Shown in pieces: positions 10,685-17,505 of a DNA stretch of 32,000 bases; the first letter of the stretch is position 1; each line of letters opens with the position of its first letter. Origin of the DNA: Methanothermobacter marburgensis str. Marburg (GTDB lineage Archaea > Methanobacteriota > Methanobacteria > Methanobacteriales > Methanothermobacteraceae); the NCBI RefSeq assembly GCF_000145295.1, contig NC_014408.1, positions 1,450,793-1,482,792 of the forward strand, read 5' to 3'. The position numbers were made by a program, and so were the translations under genes. The notes below the pieces were generated by a model. That model was not told the DNA's origin and did not search any database. It saw nothing but the letters and a program-made list of their open reading frames with translations.

Positions 10685-13204
10685 ATGAGAAAGTTTCTGT
10701 TCTTTATGATGGCTGTCTTGTGTTTCTATCTTATAGGTAATTCTTTCGCTCTAAGTTTATCATATGATGAGGTTTGTGACGCCTCTAAGATGATAGGAAA
10801 CTATACAGCATCACAGAACCGTATACCATCAATGGTTGTGGTTAATGGGAAGAATATAACATCAGACAATTATTTGTATGCGGCGTCCTCCACTGTCCTG
10901 AACCTTAATCAGGGCAAAAGGACCGGCATATCATTACCTGATTATAATCCTCCTACTAATCCGAGTGGGGCGGCAACAGGAACACTCTACAAGACATACA
11001 CAACAGGGACAGGATACCTCCAAGCAGCCCAGAACATCAAAAACTTCATGGAATCCAATGGCAGGTCGCCGAACTATGCCAACACAGCCATTGGACAAGT
11101 GCGCTACGAAAGCCTGATCTACGCCTATGCAAGGATAATAAACTTCTACAACAGCACAGGCAAACTACCAGACCACATTACAATACAACAAATAACAAAA
11201 AAAGAAGGAACCATCACAAGGCCACGGGCCGACTACACCTACAAAATCGAAGGTTACACCACCTATTTCATGGATAAGAGCACAGGTTCCATCCAATCAT
11301 GGCAATGGGACCTTGGAGACAACACAACAAGCACTGAAAGGAACCCAACACACACCTACAAAGCAGGAACATACACCGTAACCTTAACCGTCCGGGGTTA
11401 TGGTGTCACATCCACTAGGACGATGATGTTGGAGGTTATGCTTGCGACAATTCATGTTAATTCAACAGCAGTAACGTTTTTGGGACAAACTTTAAACTTA
11501 ACCTTTAAAATGCCTCTTAACAATACAGCCAAATGGATTAGTATAGGGGCTATGGCTACAGGCCCATTCAATGAGACAGTATTCCTTGTGGAGGATGGTG
11601 TAGCATATAAACTGGCAGAGCTAACCAACCCATTCTATCAGGTGAACAGGCAAAGTCAAAGGGAAATTGTCTGGACCGCCACCGCAGGACTGAACAGACT
11701 CATAGAAATCTGCACAAAACTCGGACTCGACGAACTCGAAACAATAAATGAATACCTCAACAACTTCAACCTAACAGAACAAGAAAAGAACTTCATCCTA
11801 ACAAACCATGGAAGATGCATAGACATCCTCCAAGTCAGCATAGAATATCCTGGCGAAGAAAGTGTCACAATAGCCAACATAACATTCCCAGGGAACCGAT
11901 CAACAAGGACGCTCCTACTACTCTACACAAACGGCTACTACATACACCCGCCAGGAGAAACCGGGCCCAACATAATAATAAATGACACCCTAACCTGGGA
12001 AGCCAGCAACTATGACGCCATTATAACCTACACCATAGCCACCAAAAAAATAACAAACCAGACACTACAATACTGGCTAAACAAAGAATACCCTCCAGGA
12101 CCATTAAAAGCAGCCTACGGACTATTCCTCGCAGGCCTCGAAACAATATACCTCCACGACACAATCGCAGACCAGGCAGCCGCAAAATACAACATAACAT
12201 GGACAAGAACCAGGCCAGCGATGGTCTCAGCAGGAGACCACAGCCCAGCGACATGGATAAGCCTGGAATGCAACCACAACATGGGAGTGAAAGCCAACGG
12301 AACAACACAAAACCTGAAAGCATTCAACTACGCAAGGACATCCACCATAAACCCAATAGAATACTATGTTATGGAAGCCTTATTCCCAGGATCAGACCCC
12401 ACAACCGCCCCAATAACAGGAATAGGCCAGAAACTACTCAATGGAGAGCCACTAGACATCCTCGAAACCGAAAATTATACGCTAATCACTGACAACCAAG
12501 GAAGATACATCATAATAGACCATAAAACAGGAATGGTCAGAGACATAATCTACAATCTTATGGGAGCATACTGCTACTACCACCAACAAACAGAATGGGC
12601 CCAAGAACTTGGCCGAACCATAATGTCCTCTGAAAGGTTAAAGTCACTCTTGGATGGTAATGGCACAGTAAATCTTGAAGGTTTAAGGGATAGTGTGGGA
12701 AAAGCCTTCATGGGTCTTATAGTTTCAATGCGACTCGCCCTACATAACCCCATGACCTTTGTTGAAATCATCAGTTATGGCTTGGTGGGTCAGGGCCTCA
12801 TAGGAGTTAACATAGCAGCATACGCAACAACAATAGCCTACATAAACTCCAAACTCAACAACATTACAGGCAGCATCAAAGAATTTATCGTGGAACATCA
12901 AACATACATTTCAAATGATTTTGTTGAATATATGCTTCCAGCAGTAATATATGTATTATCGAAATCTGGTGGTGGGGTAATACTTCAGCCAGTTGGTTTG
13001 TGTATGGCTATAGGCAATGGGATACTCGATTTTAGGGATCATTATCTCCCAGAGGAATATTGGAAATATATTGCATATCATCGTACATGGGCTCATGGTT
13101 ATGAGCTTAGGGCTTATGTTGGTGAGGATCATTGTATACACTATATTGAAATACCGAAGGACCCTGATGGTACTCTACGGTGGGATGAAGCAGTATATAT
13201 TTAA
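10685..13204 (+). CDS. Large secreted cell-envelope protein: signal peptide, PMBR-like repeats, PKD domain, N-glycosylation-sequon-rich unknown core, and a hydrophobic modular C-terminus (CT-A)
   Basis: Start ATG 10685 sits behind a strong SD. The signal peptide is MRKFLFFMMAVLCFYLIGNSFA. Three PMBR-like motifs are present (QNRIPSMVVVNG, NGRSPNYANT, TGKLPDHITI, with YLYAASS / LIYAYARI helices; nt ~10772-11191). The PKD signature WQWDLGDNTTSTERNPTHTYKAGTYTVTLTV is at nt ~11222-11416. Many N-x-S/T sequons occur. The C-terminal ~214 aa follow MGAYCYYHQQTE (ATG at 12560) and contain several hydrophobic helices. Confidence 0.85.
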   Translation: MRKFLFFMMAVLCFYLIGNSFALSLSYDEVCDASKMIGNYTASQNRIPSMVVVNGKNITSDNYLYAASSTVLNLNQGKRTGISLPDYNPPTNPSGAATGTLYKTYTTGTGYLQAAQNIKNFMESNGRSPNYANTAIGQVRYESLIYAYARIINFYNSTGKLPDHITIQQITKKEGTITRPRADYTYKIEGYTTYFMDKSTGSIQSWQWDLGDNTTSTERNPTHTYKAGTYTVTLTVRGYGVTSTRTMMLEVMLATIHVNSTAVTFLGQTLNLTFKMPLNNTAKWISIGAMATGPFNETVFLVEDGVAYKLAELTNPFYQVNRQSQREIVWTATAGLNRLIEICTKLGLDELETINEYLNNFNLTEQEKNFILTNHGRCIDILQVSIEYPGEESVTIANITFPGNRSTRTLLLLYTNGYYIHPPGETGPNIIINDTLTWEASNYDAIITYTIATKKITNQTLQYWLNKEYPPGPLKAAYGLFLAGLETIYLHDTIADQAAAKYNITWTRTRPAMVSAGDHSPATWISLECNHNMGVKANGTTQNLKAFNYARTSTINPIEYYVMEALFPGSDPTTAPITGIGQKLLNGEPLDILETENYTLITDNQGRYIIIDHKTGMVRDIIYNLMGAYCYYHQQTEWAQELGRTIMSSERLKSLLDGNGTVNLEGLRDSVGKAFMGLIVSMRLALHNPMTFVEIISYGLVGQGLIGVNIAAYATTIAYINSKLNNITGSIKEFIVEHQTYISNDFVEYMLPAVIYVLSKSGGGVILQPVGLCMAIGNGILDFRDHYLPEEYWKYIAYHRTWAHGYELRAYVGEDHCIHYIEIPKDPDGTLRWDEAVYI

Positions 13205-13335
13205 GGTGGTGGTTTGTTTGGATTGATAAGCTTTATGTGCTGATTATCTAGGTGTTGGTTTCAGTGGCAGATCTACTAAGTTGTGTTTGGTTTTGGCTTT
13301 GAGGTGATTTGTGGTGGGGTGATTGGAGAAAAAGG

Positions 13336-13725
13336 ATGGGTGGTTCTATGTTAGGTTTAAGAATAATCATAGGCTGTATACTTTTTATGTTAGTATTTAT
13401 AGGTTGTATATTACTGATATTAGGAGGTTTAGGAGAACGGGAAAAGAGGTTGGATTTTCTCTTATATGGGGTTATAGGTGGTGTGTTGCTTGCCATTGGA
13501 TCTTTTTTCCTTGGGGGGGATGTGGGGGCTTTCACATTCCTCATAATCTCTTTCATCTTCTTAAATAAGATAGGGAAACTTAAGATGGAATGGTTAGCCA
13601 AATCCTCCATAATACTAGCATACATCTTTGCTTTAACAATGATAATCTTAGACAGAATATTAATAGGTATTTTTGCTCTGATAGTGGCAACCCTTTTAAT
13701 CAAAGAATCCAAGACTTCAGTATGA
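13336..13725 (+). CDS. Small membrane protein of about 4 TM helices (candidate partner or immunity protein of CT-A)
   Basis: MGGSMLGLRIIIGCILFMLVFIGCILLILGG...; four hydrophobic stretches; GGAG lies 7 nt upstream of ATG 13336. It is co-oriented with and directly downstream of the large gene. The overlapping minus-strand ORF 13248-13739 is low-complexity (P/K/N/S-rich) and is treated as a shadow. Confidence 0.6.
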   Translation: MGGSMLGLRIIIGCILFMLVFIGCILLILGGLGEREKRLDFLLYGVIGGVLLAIGSFFLGGDVGAFTFLIISFIFLNKIGKLKMEWLAKSSIILAYIFALTMIILDRILIGIFALIVATLLIKESKTSV

Positions 13726-13732
13726 GGATCCC

Positions 13733-13805
13733 ATTGCATACAACATGGAATGCCGAAGAACCCTGATGGTACTCTACGGTGGGGATGAAGCAGTATATTG
13801 TTAGT
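13733..13805 (+). repeat. Short degenerate duplicate of the last ~75 nt of the large gene (3'-end handle, copy 2)
   Basis: CATTGCATACAACATGGAATGCCGAAGAACCCTGATGGTACTCTACGGTGGGGATGAAGCAGTATAT aligns with 13130-13204. It carries one extra G, which causes a frameshift, plus substitutions. Confidence 0.75.
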
Positions 13806-13819
13806 GAGGAGGGTCTTTT

Positions 13820-14056
13820 TTGGATTATGAATCTTTGTTTGGGAAGGTTTATTTTCTTATTTGTGTTGATATTATTTTATATTTTGTTGGGATTAGGCAT
13901 TTTAATGGTTTGGTTCCAATAGCGGCCCTTTTAGCCGTGTTTATTTATTTCCTTTTATTCTGGTTGCACTTCTTCGTGGATGAGTTGAAGGGAAAAAAAG
14001 AAGAAATAAGATGGATGATGGCCATAATCCTTGCATTAATTATATTCGGAACATAA
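13820..14056 (+). CDS. Small membrane protein of about 3 TM helices
   Basis: 78 aa with a TTG start 6 nt after GAGGAGGG (13806-13813). Hydrophobic segments include FLICVDIILYFVG, LVPIAALLAVFIYFLLFWL and MMAIILALIIF. A degenerate copy of its SD and start, with a stop at codon 3, also follows the large gene's stop at ~13205-13235. Confidence 0.5.
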   Translation: MDYESLFGKVYFLICVDIILYFVGIRHFNGLVPIAALLAVFIYFLLFWLHFFVDELKGKKEEIRWMMAIILALIIFGT

Positions 14057-14133
14057 AGAGGAGTTATCATGTTGCCAAGATGAAGGGGGATGTTAAGGTT
14101 TTTTCATTTAATAGACCATAAAACAGGAATATT

Positions 14134-14754
14134 ATGGGAGCATACTACCACCAACAAACAGAACTAGCCAAAAAACTTGGGAATGAAATTTTGAATTGGA
14201 GTGGTTGGTGGAAATTTATTGGTGTTGCTGGTGTTTCAACAGCCGAGGCTGCTGTGCTTGAACTGGGTGTGCTTTCAGCCCCAGAAACCCTTGGTTTGAG
14301 TTTGGCTGTTACCCTGGCCGCATATATTATCATGGAGCATCCTGAATGGCTACCATACATCAAAGACGCCGCAATAATGACACTACTAACACCAGGTGGC
14401 ATACCTCTTGCTATGGCGTATGCATGGTTGAGTAAGGATGCTACATACTTTGAATTACTTTTAAAGAAGATAACGGATCCTAATGAAGTCTTGGATAATG
14501 TGATAAAAGAGCTTCAGAATAGTTTAGATCCAAATAGTTTAATAGGACCCGATGGGAAAAGAGGAGATATTCTCGGGTTTTTCCGTGATAGATATGTGAG
14601 GTTCTATAACTCTCTTAAGAGGGGAGATATTGTGGATGTTGTGAAATATGGTATTGAGCTTATTGCTGGAGGAATAACGGTTGGTTCGTGGGTGGTGAGT
14701 GGCTTTAAGGAATTTGTGAAGGCCGTTCTTGAAAAAGAAACTGGAGGAGATTAA
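14134..14754 (+). CDS. Orphan alternative C-terminal module (CT-B) preceded by a copy of the large gene's junction motif
   Basis: It begins MGAYYHQQTELAKKLG, homologous to MGAYCYYHQQTEWAQELG of the large gene. The 22 nt TAATAGACCATAAAACAGGAAT at 14109-14130 equal 12513-12534. Homology stops after ...CTTGG and the remaining ~190 aa are unrelated: hydrophobic segments followed by a helical soluble part. Confidence 0.65.
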   Translation: MGAYYHQQTELAKKLGNEILNWSGWWKFIGVAGVSTAEAAVLELGVLSAPETLGLSLAVTLAAYIIMEHPEWLPYIKDAAIMTLLTPGGIPLAMAYAWLSKDATYFELLLKKITDPNEVLDNVIKELQNSLDPNSLIGPDGKRGDILGFFRDRYVRFYNSLKRGDIVDVVKYGIELIAGGITVGSWVVSGFKEFVKAVLEKETGGD

Positions 14755-15379
14755 ATTGGATTTAAATGCAGTCATATTATTTATATTTCTATTAAGTGTA
14801 GTCTTCATTTTCATAGAATATTCTCTAGGAAAAATCGCGTTGGGATTAATTGAAAAAGAAGAGTATGAAAAAGCCATAAATGTCTATAGGCTCCTCATAT
14901 CAAAAACTGAGAAAGATTTATTCAACATAGGATTCTGTTTCACCCAAAACAAAGAATACCAAAAAGCTTTAAAATATTATGACAAGGCATTAAAAATAAA
15001 TCCGGAATATGCAGAAGCATGGAACAACAAAGGAATAATACTAAAAGAACTTAAAAAATACAAAAAAGCCCTAAAATGCTACAACAAAGCCCTAGAAATA
15101 AACCCTGAACTTATAGAAGCATGGAACAACAAAGGAACAACCCTCCAGGAGCTGGGCAAATATGAAGAAGCACTAGAATGCTACAACAAAGCCCTAGAAA
15201 TAAACCCAAAAAGCATTGAAACATTAACTTACAAGGGAATAACATTATCCAAAATCGGCAAATACAAAAAAGCCCTAAAATGCTTCGACAAAGCACTCAA
15301 AATAAACCCAAAAAACAAACTATTACACAAAACCAAAGCAGCACTTCACAAAAAACTTAAAAACCAAGAAAAAGCCTGA
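14729..15379 (+). CDS. Membrane-anchored TPR repeat protein (TPR-1)
   Basis: It has an N-terminal TM helix (AVILFIFLLSVVFIFIEYSL) followed by about five 34-aa TPRs with the consensus AEAWNNKGxxLxELxKYxxALxCYxKALEINP. The start is uncertain: TTG 14729, or TTG 14756 behind GGAGGAG. It overlaps the end of CT-B. Confidence 0.85.
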   Translation: MKKKLEEIKLDLNAVILFIFLLSVVFIFIEYSLGKIALGLIEKEEYEKAINVYRLLISKTEKDLFNIGFCFTQNKEYQKALKYYDKALKINPEYAEAWNNKGIILKELKKYKKALKCYNKALEINPELIEAWNNKGTTLQELGKYEEALECYNKALEINPKSIETLTYKGITLSKIGKYKKALKCFDKALKINPKNKLLHKTKAALHKKLKNQEKA

Positions 15380-15403
15380 TGTTACAACCTCGAAAATGTC
15401 GCA

Positions 15404-15847
15404 ATGATGACCATACTACCAACACCAGGTGGTCTGCCAACATTCATCACCTACACATTACTAACAGGAGACACACAACCAATACAAAACTATCTTGAAA
15501 TACTATCAAGACAGTCAGACGGATGGACCCGTAGAATGGTAAATGAGTATAGAGAAGCCGTAGATACTCTAAGGGCGGTTAGCAGTGGTAGTGTTGGTGG
15601 CGATCCCGACGATATAGAAAGGGCTATAAATAATTTAGGTAAATTCATGAGGGATGAATGGAAGCTGTTCAAGGAGGCTTTAAAGGATGGGGATGTTGTG
15701 GAGGCCATAAAACATGGAAGCACTATAATAGGCACCGGGATGGGCGTTGCGGCCCTGTTAACATATGAGAATCGCGAGGCGATAGAGGCATGCATACTAG
15801 GATTCAAAAACTACCTAGAAAAGAAGTTGAGAGAGGCTGGAGCATGA
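15404..15847 (+). CDS. 5'-truncated paralogue of the CT-B module (CT-B')
   Basis: MMTILPTPGGLPTF matches IMTLLTPGGIPLAM of CT-B, LKDGDVVEAIKHGSTIIGTG matches LKRGDIVDVVKYGIELIAGG, and GFKNYLEKKL matches GFKEFVKAVL. The junction motif and first hydrophobic region are missing. The frame opens directly after the TPR-1 stop. Confidence 0.55.
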   Translation: MMTILPTPGGLPTFITYTLLTGDTQPIQNYLEILSRQSDGWTRRMVNEYREAVDTLRAVSSGSVGGDPDDIERAINNLGKFMRDEWKLFKEALKDGDVVEAIKHGSTIIGTGMGVAALLTYENREAIEACILGFKNYLEKKLREAGA

Positions 15848-17004
15848 ACCCCCTTAAGAAGATAAAGGATTGGATGGCCAGCGGAAAAGCTGGATGGCAC
15901 CTCAGCGGGGGCCGATCAAGCCTAAAACAGGGAAAATACAAAGAAGCTCTTAAAGAATTCAGGAAAGCCCTCAAGGCGAGTCCAAACGACCCGGAAATCT
16001 TGCACTATAATGCAATGACACTACTAAAACTCAAAAGACCAGAGAAAGCCTTAGAATGTTATGAAAAAATCCTCAAAAACAATCCAAAACTAGCAGAAGC
16101 ATGGAACAACAAAGGAGTAGTCCTTAAAGAACTTAAGAGATATGATGAGGCATTGGAATGCTATGAAAGGGCACTACAAATAGATCCAGAAGACGATGGA
16201 ACATGGAACAACAAAGGAGCGCTCCTTGACACAATCGGTAAACCTGAAAAAGCAATAGAATGTTATGAAAAAGCCTTAGAAATAAACCAAAAAAATGCAA
16301 AAGCATGGTATAATAAAGGTAACGGATTACGTAGTCTTGGAAAATATGAGGAGGCATTGGAATGCTATGAAAAAGCATTACAGATAAACGCAGAATTCGT
16401 AGAGGCATGGTACAACAAAGCACTAATTCTTGAAGAACTTAAGAGATATGATGAGGCATTGGAATGCTATGAAAGGGCACTACAAATAGATCCAGAAGAC
16501 GATGGAACATGGAACAACAAAGGAGCGCTCCTTGACACAATCGGTAAACCTGAAAAAGCAATAGAATGTTATGAAAAAGCCTTAGAAATAAACCAAAAAA
16601 ATGCAAAAGCATGGAACAACAAAGGAGTAGTCCTTGAAGAACTTAAGAGATATGATGAGGCATTGGAATGCTATGAAAAAGCCTTAGAAATAAACCTAGA
16701 AAACGACGAAACATGGGCTAACAAGGGAGTACTCCTCAGGAAACTTGGAAAATATGAGGAGGCACTGGAATGTTTTGAAAAAGCCCTTGAAATAAACCCA
16801 GAATTCGCAGATGCATGGAAATGGAAAGGAATAATCCTGGAAGACCTCAAAAAACCAGAGGAAGCCCTGAAATGCCACAAGCAAGCCCTCAAACTAAACC
16901 CCCCAAAACAAAACACTACAAAAACTTGGAAAACACCAAAAAAGTCCTACAAAAAAAGCCCTGAAAGAACTCCAAATGAAAGGCCAAAGTCACCCTTAGG
17001 GTAA
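15844..17004 (+). CDS. Soluble TPR repeat protein (TPR-2), about 10 TPRs
   Basis: ATG 15844 overlaps the CT-B' stop (ATGA). It has the same TPR consensus as TPR-1 and contains a recent internal 3-TPR duplication. Its last codons run into the CT-A' remnant. Confidence 0.88.
   Translation: MNPLKKIKDWMASGKAGWHLSGGRSSLKQGKYKEALKEFRKALKASPNDPEILHYNAMTLLKLKRPEKALECYEKILKNNPKLAEAWNNKGVVLKELKRYDEALECYERALQIDPEDDGTWNNKGALLDTIGKPEKAIECYEKALEINQKNAKAWYNKGNGLRSLGKYEEALECYEKALQINAEFVEAWYNKALILEELKRYDEALECYERALQIDPEDDGTWNNKGALLDTIGKPEKAIECYEKALEINQKNAKAWNNKGVVLEELKRYDEALECYEKALEINLENDETWANKGVLLRKLGKYEEALECFEKALEINPEFADAWKWKGIILEDLKKPEEALKCHKQALKLNPPKQNTTKTWKTPKKSYKKSPERTPNERPKSPLG
16127..16614 (+). repeat. 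Intragenic tandem duplication with a 306-bp period (3 TPR units)
   Basis: 16127-16308 is identical base for base to 16433-16614 (182 nt) in my manual comparison. A further partial unit at 16615-16680 matches 16105-16170 with few changes. Confidence 0.9.
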
Positions 17005-17505
17005 CAGCACCTTTGAAGGCTTAAAGAACAGCGCGAAAAAAGCTTTTATGAGTCTTATAGCTTCAATGCAACTCCCCCCACACAACCCCATAACCTTTAT
17101 ACTCGGTTATGGCTTGGTAGGCCACCAAGTTAAAATGGCAGCATATGCAACAACAATAGCCTACATAAACTCCAAACAGGCAGCATCAAAGAATTTATCG
17201 TGGAACATCAAACATACATTCCATGGGATGTTGTAGAAGGTATAATAACTATTGGTGGTGTTAAAGCTCTTGCTACTAGTGTGGAACTCAATCTAGGTTT
17301 TATAGGTGTAATTATAGGTGAAGGTGATTTGATTCTTAGGATAAGGGACCATTACCTACCTAGGGAATACTGGAAGTATCGTATCATCCAGGGTCATTCT
17401 ATGGTTATGAGGTTAGGGCTTATGTTGGTGAGGATCATTGTATACACTATATTGAAATACCGAAGAACCCTGATGTAGTTTGAGGTGGGATGATGCTCGA
17501 TACAT
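16976..17505 (+). pseudogene. Degenerate, frameshifted copy of the large gene's 3' end (CT-A' remnant, matching ~12630-13204)
   Basis: It aligns with the large gene from ERLKSLLDG (here ERPKSPLG*) to ...LRWDEAVYI (here LRWDDARYI). A 13-nt deletion lies at ~17176 and a net 4-nt deletion at ~17380-17400, with a premature TAG at 17476. Track ORFs 17048-17236 and 17200-17478 are fragments of it. Confidence 0.78.

Noticed and set aside
13248-13739. 163-aa minus-strand ORF overlapping the 4-TM gene
   Set aside because: Its product is low-complexity (P/K/N/S-rich), as expected for the reverse complement of a hydrophobic ORF. It is antisense to all other island genes and has no SD. The + strand ORF shows clean TM-helix periodicity and a good SD.
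14900-16900. Regularly spaced repeats that might suggest a CRISPR array
   Set aside because: The periodicity is 102 nt (34 codons) inside long ORFs encoding canonical TPR motifs. There is no repeat/spacer structure.
17048-17478. Track ORFs 17048-17236 and 17200-17478 as two independent small genes
   Set aside because: Both are consecutive frames of one degenerate copy of the large gene's 3' end. They are joined by a 13-nt deletion, so I annotated them as a pseudogene remnant instead.
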